Below are positions 14,063-26,693 of a DNA stretch of 64,000 nt, piece by piece. This DNA comes from Eledone cirrhosa (Eukaryota), in the NCBI GenBank assembly GCA_964016885.1, contig OZ024755.1, positions 3,968,001 to 4,032,000 on the forward strand, written 5' to 3'. Numbering within the stretch: position 1 is the stretch's first letter; each line of letters opens with the position of its first letter. Under the pieces are notes generated by a model, which saw nothing but the letters and a program-made list of their open reading frames with translations, made no database searches and was not told the DNA's origin. A program made the translations under genes and the position numbers.

Positions 14063-14696
14063 GTATAATCTCCCTCATTTCTCCGCGTTTTGGGGGCATT
14101 TTTTCTCATGGTACTCGCTGTTTGGGTTTTTTAGAGGTTGGCAGGTCTAGGTCTGCACTGGGGTCAATTTAATCGACTTCCCCTACCCTGAAATTGTTGG
14201 CCAGAAACCGTTTTATAATGATATCAATATCTATAATATCTACAGAAATTGAATTGTAATTTTACTTCAAGAGGCGATCTAATTTGAACACAGAAGGTTG
14301 AACAGCTTAGAGATAAACAGCGAGGCTATAGAAAACTTGGAACGTCGATTGAGTGTACTGACAGAAAACATTTAGGAAACGGGACAAATGTGAAAAGAAT
14401 TTTGTAAGGAAAAAAGAAAACATTGTAAAGACATTTCAATAAGATTAGACATTGATCATAAAAGATTAATTTTTTATACTGGCGACTAGAAGAAAAAACA
14501 CCATTCTCCAAAACACACACATACATACACGCACATACATACTCACATATATATATATATATATATATACATACACATATACATACACACACATATATAT
14601 ACATACATACACACACACACACACACATATATATATACATATATACATATATATATATATATACATGCATATATACATATATACATATATATATTC

Positions 14697-14727
<31 letters not shown>

Positions 14728-15171
14728 GAAATCATACACACATACATACACAGAGTTATATTAAAGCAGAACAGAAGAATTTCTAAGGAAAACAAAACGA
14801 ACAGTTTTAAAGATCTTGGTTTTGGTGGAGACAATTAAGGTAATGAAATAAACAGAGAAGTCTTTGATAAGATTTCGTGCAGTATTTATCGTCTGTTTCA
14901 ATGAATTATGTGTGATCTGTTGTGGAAGTAAATCTAATTAGGTTTCAGTGTCTTCAGCCATTGTTTTGTTCATTATTGTCGAGATAATAAGATATATTCC
15001 TTCTTTGTAGATATATACACACACATACACACACAAACTAAGACACACACACACATACACACACAAACTAAGACACACACACATAGGTAAAAAAACCAAC
15101 ACAGATAGAACGAGAGAAATCAGGTAGAAAAAGTGAGAGGTTAAAATAGGGTAAAAAAAGGTAAAGAACGG

Positions 15172-15269
<98 letters not shown>

Positions 15270-16692
15270 GTAAAACAGCAACACAGATAGAACGAGGGGT
15301 TAAAACAAGATTAAAACAAAGTAAAAAAATGGAGACACATTTTTGTACAAAATTTTACAATTGAAGCTTCGAGGGTTTACAGAGGGATTAAATAAAGCGT
15401 TGACACACACGCACATACACATCTGGAACCGTCATCGTCGAAACCGACGGATGTCCATTGTCTATCCCAGCTTCCATTATGTGTGTATGTATAGAATTGA
15501 GATGGAAATGTGAAAATTCATCATTTTACGAGTATAAAAGGACTTCAAGGTTGACATTGGATTTTTATGTAAAGAACGTTTTACATTTAAAGCTTGGAGG
15601 GTTTACAGAGAGATTAAGTAAGGCGTTGACTCAGACACACCACACACGTACACATATGCCCACACAGACACACACATTCATTCACGCATATATATATACA
15701 AACACATACACATATGCCCACACAAATACACACACATACATAAATACACACATATACATAAATACACACACATATATAGCTATACAAACACATAACATAT
15801 GCCCACTAAGACATAAACACATACATACATAAACACATACATACATACACACACATACATTCACACATACACATATGCCCACTCAGACACACACACACAC
15901 ACACACATACATACATACATACATACACACACATACATTCACACACATATATACAAACACATACACATATGCCCACTCATACACATACATACATACACAC
16001 ACATACATTCACACACGTATATATATATAAACACATACACATATGCCCACTCATACACATACATACATACACACACATACATTCACACATATATATACAA
16101 ACACATACACACACAAAAAAAACCTTAAGAAGATCTCTTCTAACATTAGTTTGATGATAATCAGCGACATTCATCCCTATCTGATTAGTTCTATTGACAT
16201 TAGGGGCGAAAGAAAAGAATAGAATTTTGACTTTTGAAGATAAGTAAAGTAAAATCTATAAATCTAAATAAATAAATACACGTATAAACATATAAATATA
16301 AATAAAAATGGTGATTGAAGCAGGAAAGTAGGTGTGAGGATCTAGGTTCAATTTCTAACGTCCTCATCCTATAAATATATGTATATAATATCACATCTAT
16401 CTACTCAGGTATTTCGTTATCAAAATCCTGACATTCAAACAAAATCATCTCTCCTAACACCCGGGTTCTCCTTTTAGAGATCTCATAAAATTGCATTCAT
16501 AAATACATACATAAATACATACATAAATACATACATAAAGACATTCATAAATACATACATAAAGACATACATAAAGACATACATAAAGACATACATAAAG
16601 ACATACATAAAGACATACATAAAGACATACATAAAGACATACATAAAGACATACATAAAGACATTCATGTATATAGAGACATACATATAGAC

Positions 16693-17006
16693 ATGGTGGC
16701 TGCCAACTCGTTTTCGAGTACGGCCACTATTTTATATCCATGTAGGAGAACCCCTACCGATGCGCTGAACGTGTGTGACTTTTTACTCCAGCCAGCGACT
16801 TGAAAACTCTGGTACAAACACTACATTTGTGACAATTACTAACACATAGTGCTGGGCCCATGGTACCATGTGAGGACAAGTGCAGAGAGATCTCCAGATA
16901 TAAAGCAATGCCTGTGCCGTGAAGCTTTTATAGTGAGCAAAGGCACTGCACAAAGCCAGTCCCACTCTCTTAACCAAGATGATATTTACCAAAAAGAAGA
17001 ACAAGT
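16693..17006 (-). mobile_element. RTE-derived element 3' portion with C2H2 zinc-finger codons and (ATGT)n tail
   Basis: Near-identical to 62741-63028 and 63087-63400; minus frame CHKCSVCTRVFKSLAGVKSHTRSAHR*. Confidence 0.75.
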
Positions 17007-17080
17007 AGACATACATACATATATACATATAGACATACATACATATTATACATACATGTTATTGGCGCTGCCATAAGCAG

Positions 17081-17117
<37 letters not shown>

Positions 17118-17520
17118 GTACACACACACACACACAATATATATATATACACACACACATATATGTATATATAAACATACATATATATGAATACACACAC
17201 ACATATATATGTATATATACGTTCATGCATACATATGCACACACACACAAATATATATGTATATATACATTCATGCATACATATGCATACACATATATAT
17301 ATATGTATATATACTTTCATACTTATATTTATATATATATAAATGCACATATATATTTATGCGTGTTAAAATATATATATATTGACATTTTCAAATATAA
17401 TTTGAAATGTTTTCAACACCACGTGGCAATGGTGTAGCTTGGAGCGTTAATCTTTTAAAACTGAACATAAAAGATGCCTACATCTGTTTATAAGGCCCCC
17501 AGTTTCTGTTTACCACATAT

Positions 17521-17685
17521 TTACCACACCTCCCTATGCACATGCGCTAACAAACAATAGGGCATACAGACGATATAAAAAATAAATAATCACACACACG
17601 CACACACACACGCACACACACACACACAGATTAGCAGTGATTCAGGTATACCTCGACTTGCGTAGTTTCGAGTTTCGACAATTTC
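17521..17685 (+). repeat. About 160-bp direct duplication, copy 1
   Basis: ttaccacacctccctatgcacatgcgc...tttcgacaattt repeated at 19001-19160. Confidence 0.9.
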
Positions 17686-17898
17686 ATATATTTGAAATTG
17701 TAGAATATTTCATATATTTGACACAGATACATACCCCATATATACATTCGGTTACTCGACCTATCATAAATAACAACGTAATCTCCTTCAAATCATACCC
17801 TACCACCTGAACAAAGGAAGAAACCATTGGATGGATTAATTAGACACGGTATGTCTGAAAATGAAAAACTAAGACGTCCATCATTGCAATCTATTTTA

Positions 17899-18127
17899 TT
17901 AACCCTTTAGCATTTACATTACTCTATATTTACTATTGTATTTTTGTGGTAAAGGCTTTACCTCACATAATTATCTCACATAATATCAAATTTATGAAAG
18001 TTGTATGTTATTTATTTTGAGAGCAATACCTTAACATCAGTATGAGGGGCTGGTTACAGCTGGTTTGAATAGAAAGAAGTGAGAGAATTCTGGCCGGATA
18101 TGGCCGGTTTAAATGCTAAAAGGTTAA
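17899..18127. mobile_element. piggyBac-like MITE
   Basis: TTAA-CCCTTTAGCATTTA ... TAAATGCTAAAAGG-TTAA terminal inverted repeats with TTAA flanks. Confidence 0.75.
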
Positions 18128-18682
18128 TTGTACCAATATATGATGTAAAATATCTTTGGAAAACAACCAACAGAAACTAGTATTTGACTGATATCTTATT
18201 TTAAACTGTAAGGCCAAGTTGACCTAAACAGAATTTGAAACCAGAGCGTATTGAGCAGGAATAAATACCGTAAGGTATTTTGTATAACATTCTAATGAGC
18301 TTTTAGAAGAATATTAGGATTAACCTGTTCCACAGTAACATATAAAAAAGAACAGATACACATACGTACACCCACACAGCAATATATATAGCTTTACACA
18401 CACCCATATCTCTATCTCTCTATATACATAGCTTCACCTACACTTACAGATATACTTACACAATCATCCCATAAATTATTGAGGGCCATTAAAATGTCAG
18501 TATTAAATATGAAATAATGTTGAAGGCAGGTAATAGCTGATATATATAAACAGACAATAAACAGAGAAAAACTGCAATGAAAGCAGATTTCAAACTACTT
18601 CACTAACAATATTAATGAAGATTTTCATACAAAAATTTCAAAATTTTAGCAACCATCTTGTACTTATTGAGTCGATAACTTA

Positions 18683-18900
18683 TAATGGTTTCTTATATAA
18701 GCACACAGCCGGCAATTTTAGAGGAGGGGTAAGTCGATTAAATCGACCCAATACGTGACTGGTACTTTATTTTATCGACCCCGTAAGGATGAAAGGCAAA
18801 GTTAACCTCGGCGGGATTTGAACTCGGATCATAAAGGGCCGTAATTCTATGCTGCAAAGCATGGCGTCCGACGCTCTACCGATACTGCTAATCCACCGAC
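18683..18900 (-). mobile_element. SINE family A, long form
   Basis: Has the extra gtcgatttaatcgac hairpin segment; tgagtcgataac on both flanks. Confidence 0.88.
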
Positions 18901-19000
18901 CTGAGTCGATAACAATAAGTTTTTCCTTTCACCTAACTCTCTTTTATGTCTTCTCTTTACATTTCATTCTTTCTTTCCTTCCTTCCTCGTTCTCTTACTC

Positions 19001-19160
19001 TTACCACACCTCCCTATGCACATGCGCTAACAAACAATAGGGCATACAGACGATATAAAAAAGAAATAATCACACACACGCACACGCACGCACACACACA
19101 CACAGATTAGCAGTGATTCAGGTATACCTCGACTTACGTTGTTTCGTGTTTCGACAATTT
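19001..19160 (+). repeat. About 160-bp direct duplication, copy 2
   Basis: Matches 17521-17685. Confidence 0.9.
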
Positions 19161-19629
19161 TTCTTAATATTATATGGCAAAATTTATATATAGAGAGAAG
19201 TACACAAATCTTATTAGTTTCACGGTTTATATGAAAATATAATGAAATACCAATATACCCAACTATATTATATTGAAAATATAATGAAATACCAATATAC
19301 CCAACTATATTATATATTGTATGTGCATCTCTCTCTCTCTCTTATAAATACAATATATTAATAAATGGAAACTATATTTATAAAACCATATTTATTTTAT
19401 TATACATATTTCAAGGACAACCAAGGCAAATTATGGTGCGCTTTCATCAGATAAAATACAGATTTGTTTTATAAATAAATATTGACTACCCGGAAAAAAA
19501 AACAACCTTAACGGTTGGAGCTTCCTGGATAGTTGTGTATTTGCTCCACTAATCTGTTGAGTGCTTTATTTTCAGTTATAAAAATGTTTAAGCTTGTTGA
19601 ATCCCAACAAATTAAATATAACCTTTGCA

Positions 19630-19953
19630 TATCATCAGGTCGAGCTTGCTCGGCTTTCTACGACACGTTTCCTCCACCCATCTCTGTCTCTCATAGCGTT
19701 TGCCAGTTCTTCCGCAATGCATCCAGTATCGTCCCCAAGTTGCTTGACTTATGTCTTCTTGGGACGACCAGCGTTTCTTGCTCCATGAGATGGACTCCAT
19801 AACAACACATCGCCTGCTATTTCTTCTTTGCTGCGCCAACAGTGGCCAGGAAATCTGAATCTCTGTCCACGTATTGACCTGCTGATAGGTGGTATATTGC
19901 CATAGAGATCCTTATTTGTTGGGCGTTCCCTCCAAGACACTTTTAAAGCAACA
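19630..19953 (-). mobile_element. RTE-clade LINE 3' fragment (ORF C-terminus, pseudogenised)
   Basis: SWRERPTNKDLYGNIPPISRSIRGQRFRFPGHCWRS..LLWSPSHGARNAGRPKKT*VKQL..MRDRDGWRKRV resembles RTE C-terminal GH..R / GRP / DR..W motifs; in-frame stop. Confidence 0.85.
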
Positions 19954-20119
19954 CATATATATATATATATATTTCCCCAACTGTAGTTTCTCTGAATTAC
20001 CTCGTTTCTTCCATTAGAATTATATTGTTATTGAAAGTCATATCTAAATATCAATCAATTACTGAATTATACATTGAATTTCATACATTGAATTATTGTT
20101 CTTATTAATAATTGATATA

Positions 20120-20732
20120 AGGGCGGTGAATTGGCAGTATCGGTAGAGGGTTGGACGCCATGCTAGGGCGGTGGATTGGCAGTATCGGTAGAGGGTTGGA
20201 CGCCATGCTTTCTAGTATAGTTACGTCCCTTTACAGTCTGAGTTCAAATCCCGCCGAGGTTAACTTTGTCTTCATCCTTACGGAGTTGATAAAATAAAGT
20301 ACCAGTACGTACTGGGTAATTGCTGGCCTTATGCCTAAAGTAGAAACAATTATTAATAATTGATATTTATAATGTAGTAGAAGGGCAGAATCGGTTGAAC
20401 GTCTGATAAAACGCCATTGCAGTATTTATTCAGGTTCTTAACATTCTGAGTTCAAATCCCGCCGAGGTTAACTTTGCCTCTCTCATCCTTACAGGGTCGA
20501 TAAAATAAAGTACCAGTAACGTACTGGGGTCGATTTAATCGACTTTCTTCATTCCCCCTAAAAATTGTTGGCCTTGGTATGGTTCTCTACGGTTTGGGTT
20601 GAAATCCTACTGAGGTTAACTTTGCCCTTCATCTTTTCAGGGACGATACACTAAAGTACCAGTTAAGTACTGGGGTCGATTTAATGAACTACAATCTTCC
20701 CCAAATTTGCTGGCCTTGTACCAAATTTAGAT
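20120..20732 (+). mobile_element. Cluster of three SINE family A copies; first has a duplicated about 46-bp head
   Basis: gggcggtg(a/g)attggcagtatcggtagagggttggacgccatgct twice; TSD ttattaataattgatat; two older long-form copies follow. Confidence 0.87.
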
Positions 20733-20741
20733 ATCTATAAT

Positions 20742-20779
<38 letters not shown>

Positions 20780-21009
20780 AGTCTGGGTAGGTATTGCGTA
20801 GATTGTCTGCACTGAAAGCATGTCCTTTACACACACGCACACGCACACGCACGCATGCACGCACGCACGCGCGCGATAGATTATTAAGTTTGTTAAATCC
20901 TATCTATAATGTCTGCCTATATTTGCTAAGGAATCAGATAAGCAACTATTCAATTAAGCAATAGGAATTTATAAAGCTTCTTCCTTTCCCGTCCTTTCAC
21001 ATCTAATTT

Positions 21010-21054
21010 GTCACGTGGTCTTCTTCTGTTGCTCTACAATAATGGCGGCGGAAG
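21010..21054 (+). promoter_or_regulatory. Candidate promoter motifs (E-box GTCACGTGG, YY1-like AATGGCGGC, ETS-like CGGAAG)
   Basis: Motif cluster in non-repetitive DNA; GTGAGT donor at 21174. Confidence 0.25.
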
Positions 21055-21349
21055 AGGAGGGAAGAGCGAGAAACTTCGCTTTGTTTTAGTTAGCTATAAA
21101 ACGATTATGTCATCTCATCTTTAAATGAAATACCAGCAGTTGGTGGTGGTGGTGGTAGTGGTGGTGGTGGTGGGTGAGTAGAGAAGGGAGATTATCCATT
21201 GGCTACTGTTGCATTTTTCCTGTTTGATAAGAGAATAGACATGACTATAGTACTTGTAAAGTGTATTATCCTCCTACAACACACACCACCTATACTACAT
21301 GTTATCATGCACCAATCAGCGAGAATGTCTAAAGGAATTTTAGCGAAAA

Positions 21350-21693
21350 TACGACAATCGGTGAAACGTTCAAAGGCTGACCAAGATACTCTCATGGAAT
21401 GACCAAATGAGGTTTATTTTTCAACATAGTCATTCGAAAGAAACAATGCAGTTATTAATAAGAAGAGTTAAAATTAATGCATGCAAGATTTCATAGCACT
21501 AGCATCATTCCTTCATAGGATGACCAAGATACTCTCATGGAATGACCAAATGAGGTTTATTTTTCAACATAGTCATTCGAAAGAAACAATGCAGTTATTA
21601 ATAAAAAGAGTTGAAATTAATGCATGCAAGATTTCATAGCTCTAGCATCACTTCTTCATAGTCATCCTATGAACTTCTCAGTCAACTCTCGTA
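21350..21693. mobile_element. Mariner-like MITE with internal about 140-bp tandem duplication
   Basis: Ends tacga...aaacgttcaaaggctgac and gtcatcctatgaacttctcagtcaactctcgta; homologous to 28157 and 58239 copies. Confidence 0.75.
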
Positions 21694-21788
21694 TAGGTTC
21701 ATATTAAATTGAGTTTACATATAAATACACTCTTACGTTTTGTAAGAGATGGAAACGCATTACCCAGGAAACTAAAATATATATACAT

Positions 21789-21829
<41 letters not shown>

Positions 21830-21838
<9 letters not shown>

Positions 21839-21964
21839 AACAATATATATATATATATATTGTTATACTTATATATGTATAACAACATATATATATATAT
21901 ATATATTGTTATACTTATATATGTATAACAATATTTATATATATATATTGTTATACTTATGTAT

Positions 21965-22028
<64 letters not shown>

Positions 22029-22081
22029 ATACTTATATATGTATAACAATATATATATATATTGTTATACTTATATATGTA

Positions 22082-22120
<39 letters not shown>

Positions 22121-22140
22121 ATATATATATATTGTTATAC
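21830..22140. repeat. Tandem palindromic units gtataacaa(ta)nttgttatac
   Basis: About 5 units, each a self-complementary hairpin centred on TA. Confidence 0.85.
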
Positions 22141-22464
22141 ATACATATATATATATCACATTTTCGAATGAATTGATCCGCCAATGCACCACTAGAAACC
22201 GAAGATTTAGGTGGTCGATTACGCGTATATTTTAAACTTTTCTTCCTAGGAGTCAATTATTACTTTTAAGTAACTATAAGCTCTTGATTGAACTTTCCAT
22301 TCTAAGTTCGGAATGTTTGTACCAAAGAGTAGTATTTGGCACGTGATGAATCCACGAATAGCTGGAATATCCGTTCAGAGATTCACCTCAAATAGATTGG
22401 ATATTAAAAGGAAATAAATTCTGTTGACTGTGATCAAAAAGTCTTTATTAATAATAGATATTGA

Positions 22465-22650
22465 GCGGTGGATTGGCAGTATCGGTGGAGGGTCGGACGC
22501 CATGCTTTCCAGCATAGTTACGTCTCTTTACGATCTGAGTTCAAATCCCGCCGAGGTTGACTTTGCCTTTCATCCTTACGGGGTCGATAAAATAAAGTAC
22601 CAGTAATGTACTCGATAATTGCTGGCCTTGTGCCTAAAGTAGAAACAATT
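22465..22650 (+). mobile_element. SINE family A, full length
   Basis: 18-bp TSD ttaataatagatattgag. Confidence 0.92.
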
Positions 22651-22806
22651 AATAATAGATATTGAGATAATATAGGATTGGAGTGAGGAAAGGCAAGAGA
22701 TCTAGACCGCCATTATAATATTTACTTCCGGTATAAAATATGAATTCGGAGAATATATCAACCGGAGTATATAGAGAAAAGAAATCTATGTATTCCCGGG
22801 CGGAAA

Positions 22807-22853
22807 TCACTGAAGATGTCACAGAAAAAATATGTTTGACGAAAGAACTTTGA
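22807..22853 (+). ncRNA. Minimal type-I hammerhead ribozyme motif
   Basis: TCA-CTGAAGA-tGTCA(cagaaaaaatatgtt)TGAC-GAAA-GAAC-TT-TGA; stem I UCA/UGA, stem II GUCA/UGAC. Confidence 0.55.
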
Positions 22854-23025
22854 GAAACTTTGAGAAATTATATTTATATTTATAATTTTAACTGTTGGTC
22901 AATCAAGGATAAACATTGATTGCCAGCTAAATTATTTATAAAAATGTGTATATATAAAGATATACTGAACTGAAGCGAAAACCAAACCAAACAGGGAGTG
23001 TGTTTTATTATTATTTTTGGCAAAA

Positions 23026-23470
23026 GAGCAGTGGATTGGCAGTATCGGTAGAGGGTCAGACACCATGCTTTGCAGCATAGAGTTATGGCCATTTATGATC
23101 TGAGTTCAAATCCTGCCGAGGTTAACTTTGCCTTTCCTCCTTACGGGGTCGATAAAATAAAGTACCAGTAATACACTGGTATAATTACTGGCCTTGTGCC
23201 AAAAGTAGAAACAATTATTAATTTGGGCAAAAGGGCGGTGGATTGGCAGTATCGGTAGAGCGTCAAACACCATGCTTTGCAGCATAGAGTTGTGACCATT
23301 TACGTTCTGAGTTCAAACTCGGCAGAGGTTAGCTTTGCCTTTCGTAACTTTGCCTTTCATCCTTACCGGGTCGATAAAATAAAGTACCAGTAATGAACTG
23401 GGTAATTGCTGGCCTTGTGCCAAAAGTAGAAACAATTATTACGGGGTCGATAAAATAAAGCACCACAATG
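23026..23470 (+). mobile_element. Tandem pair of SINE family A plus a core fragment
   Basis: Two full copies separated by a near-repeat of the flank atta..tt(t)ggcaaaag. Confidence 0.88.
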
Positions 23471-23511
23471 TAGTTTACAGGTAGATGAAATATAGAAAAG
23501 ATTGAAAGAGG

Positions 23512-25185
23512 GGGAGAAGGAGAAGTGTTTTGGTGTAGAGAAGTGACTGGGAGAAGGAGAAGTGTTTTGGTGTAGAGAAGTGACTGGGAGAAGGAGAAGT
23601 GTTTTGGTGTAGAGAAGTGACTGGGAGAAGGAGAAGTGTTTTGGTGTAGAGAAGTGACTGGGAGAAGGAGAAGTGTTTTGGTGTAGAGAAGTGACTGGGA
23701 GAAGGAGAAGTGTTTTGGTGTAGAGAAGTGACTGGGAGAAGGAGAAGTGTTTTGGTGTAGAGAAGTGACTGGGAGAAGGAGAAGTGTTTTGGTGTAGAGA
23801 AGTGACTGGAGAAGTGGTTTTGGGTGTAGAAGAGAGTGACTGAACGGAGAAGGAGAAGTGTTTTGGTGTAGAGAAGTGACTGGAGAAGGAGAAGTGTTTT
23901 GGTGTAGAGAAGTGACTGGGAGAAGGAGAAGTGTTTTGGTGTAGAGAAGTGACTGGGAGAAGGAGAAGTGTTTTGGTGTAGAGAAGTGACTGGGAGAAGG
24001 AGAAGTGTTTTGGTGTAGAGAAGTGACTGGGAGAAGGAGAAGTGTTTTGGTGTAGAGAAGTGACTGGGAGAAGGAGAAGTGTTTTGGTGTAGAGAAGTGA
24101 CTGGGAGAAGGAGAAGTGTTTTGGTGTAGAGAAGTGACTGGGAGAAGGAGAAGTGTTTTGGTGTAGAGAAGTGACTGGGAGAAGGAGAAGTGTTTTGGTG
24201 TAGAGAAGTGACTGGGAGAAGGAGAAGTGTTTTGGTGTAGAGAAGTGACTGGGAGAAGGAGAAGTGTTTTGGTGTAGAGAAGTGACTGGGAGAAGGAGAA
24301 GTGTTTTGGTGTAGAGAAGTGACTGGGAGAAGGAGAAGTGTTTTGGTGTAGAGAAGTGACTGGGAGAAGGAGAAGTGTTTTGGTGTAGAGAAGTGACTGG
24401 GAGAAGGAGAAGTGTTTTGGTGTAGAGAAGTGACTGGGAGAAGGAGAAGTGTTTTGGTGTAGAGAAGTGACTGGGAGAAGGAGAAGTGTTTTGGTGTAGA
24501 GAAGTGACTGGGAGAAGGAGAAGTGTTTTGGTGTAGAGAAGTGACTGGGAGAAGGAGAAGTGTTTTGGTGTAGAGAAGTGACTGGGAGAAGGAGAAGTGT
24601 TTTGGTGTAGAGAAGTGACTGGGAGAAGGAGAAGTGTTTTGGTGTAGAGAAGTGACTGGGAGAAGGAGAAGTGTTTTGGTGTAGAGAAGTGACTGGGAGA
24701 AGGAGAAGTGTTTTGGTGTAGAGAAGTGACTGGGAGAAGGAGAAGTGTTTTGGTGTAGAGAAGTGACTGGGAGAAGGAGAAGTGTTTTGGTGTAGAGAAG
24801 TGACTGGGAGAAGGAGAAGTGTTTTGGTGTAGAGAAGTGACTGGGAGAAGGAGAAGTGTTTTGGTGTAGAGAAGTGACTGGGAGAAGGAGAAGTGTTTTG
24901 GTGTAGAGAAGTGACTGGGAGAAGGAGAAGTGTTTTGGTGTAGAGAAGTGACTGGGAGAAGGAGAAGTGTTTTGGTGTAGAGAAGTGACTGGGAGAAGGA
25001 GAAGTGTTTTGGTGTAGAGAAGTGACTGGGAGAAGGAGAAGTGTTTTGGTGTAGAGAAGTGACTGGGAGAAGGAGAAGTGTTTTGGTGTAGAGAAGTGAC
25101 TGGGAGAAGGAGAAGTGTTTTGGTGTAGAGAAGTGACTGGGAGAAGGAGAAGTGTTTTGGTGTAGAGAAGTGACTGGGAGAAGGA
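23512..25185. repeat. 37-bp minisatellite, about 45 near-identical copies
   Basis: Unit gggagaaggagaagtgttttggtgtagagaagtgact; only variant units at about 23808-23885. Confidence 0.97.
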
Positions 25186-25262
25186 AATTTCAACAAACGA
25201 TTTCACATCAGAAATCTTACAAAGAAAGACATCGCCGAAAGAATGAAGTTATTTAGGAATTA

Positions 25263-25452
25263 AAGGGCGGTGAATTGGCAGTATCGGTAGAGGGTCGGAT
25301 ATGCTTTCCAGCATAGTTACGTCCCTTTACGATCTGAGTTCAATTCCCGCCGAGGTTAACTTTGCCTTTCATCCTTACAGGGTCGATAAAATAAAGTACC
25401 AGTAATGTACTGGGATAATTGCTGGCCTTGTGCCAAAAGTAGAAACAGTTAT
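25263..25452 (+). mobile_element. SINE family A, full length
   Basis: 17-bp TSD gttatttaggaattaaa. Confidence 0.92.
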
Positions 25453-25714
25453 TTAGGAATTAAATAGAATAGAAAACTGTTTTGATTGGAATTGATCTCA
25501 GATATCGAACTACGAGATTGTCAATTTTGGTTAATTAAGACATGCCTGAGATAATGTTACTAATTACGTAAATATGTGTGTGTCGTGGGGGGGGGGGTCT
25601 ATGTGTGTGTGTGTGTGTGTGTCTGTATATGTCTGTGTCAGTGTGTTGATATTTGTGGGCGTCTGTATATGTCTGTGTGCGCGTGTGTGTGAATGTATGT
25701 GTGCGCGCGCGTTA

Positions 25715-25752
<38 letters not shown>

Positions 25753-25924
25753 ATGTTTGTGAAAGTTTGTGTGTGCGTGGTTATGCTTGTGAATGTGTGT
25801 GTGTGTGTGTTTGTGAATGATTGTGTTTATATCTCTCTTTGTGTGTATGTCTATGTGTGTATGTGTGTTTGTGTGTGTGTATCTCTGTGCGTGTTTCTGT
25901 GTTTGTGAATGTCTGTGTGTGTTT

Positions 25925-26270
25925 GGTGGCGGCGGCGGCGGCGGCGGTAGAGGTGGCGCTGGTAGTGGTGGTGATGGTGGTGGCGGCGGAAGAGGTGGCG
26001 GTGGTAGTGGTGGTGATGGTGATGGTGGCGGTGGTAGCGCTGGTGGTGGTGGTGGCGCTGGTAGTGGTGGTGGTGGTGGTGGCGGCGGAAGAGGTGGCGC
26101 TGGTAGTGATGGTGATGGTGATGGTGGCGGTGGTAGCGCTGGTGGTGGTGGTGGCGCTGGTAGTGGTGGTGGTGGTGGTGGCGGCGGAAGAGGTGGCGCT
26201 GGTAGTGATGGTGATGGTGATGGTGGCGGTGGTAGCGCTGGTGGTGGTGGTGGCGCTGGTAGTGGTGGTG
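25925..26270. repeat. GGT/GGC triplet tract with 90-bp higher-order repeat
   Basis: ggcggcggaagaggtggcg recurs at 90-bp intervals (about 25982, 26081, 26180 is 99 bp by eye; period 90-99 bp). Confidence 0.8.
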
Positions 26271-26372
26271 TCGTTGCTAGATATCCAAACGGTGGAGACG
26301 AATCAACCATTAAGGGATATTACAGATATTCCGACATTTAGGATCTTACAGATTTCCAAGATACGTTCAGGT

Positions 26373-26386
26373 GTTACTATGGAAAC
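26373..26386. promoter_or_regulatory. RFX X-box-like motif GTTACTATGGAAAC
   Basis: Matches X-box consensus GTYNCY-AT-RGNAAC apart from position 4 freedom; GTTGCTAGATA about 100 bp upstream. Confidence 0.3.
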
Positions 26387-26693
26387 GGATGCTTATTCAA
26401 GTTTATAATTAGATTTTTTTCAGCACACCGGATTTAACTTATAAATGGAATAAAATGATTCCGAAAAAATATGAAATATGAAATATTTGTACAACTAGAA
26501 AGTAAAGCTTCCCTCGTGATATTTTAGATTCATCTTCTACAATATTTTACGGTCTATCTATTTATTTGTTTTCTTTCTATGGTGAGGGTTGGTTATGTTT
26601 TCTGGGGGCAGCCATTTTGTTTCTGGAAACGTCCATTTTCATTCGGGTTTTGAAATGTTTACATTGGAAATCTACAGATAGTTGGTGTAGAAG

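Noticed and set aside
16783-17076. Conserved 75-91 aa ORFs recurring at 62831-63482
   Set aside because: Conservation reflects repeat copies; the meaningful frame is the short zinc-finger frame
23512-25185. CRISPR-like 37-bp repeat
   Set aside because: Units are contiguous with no spacers; eukaryotic context; no cas genes
23329-25206. 625-aa and 573-aa ORFs
   Set aside because: Artefact of a stop-free 37-bp tandem repeat cycling through all frames
25564-26408. Gly-rich / Pro-rich ORFs
   Set aside because: GGT triplet repeat fused to a TG microsatellite; no splice acceptor or domain
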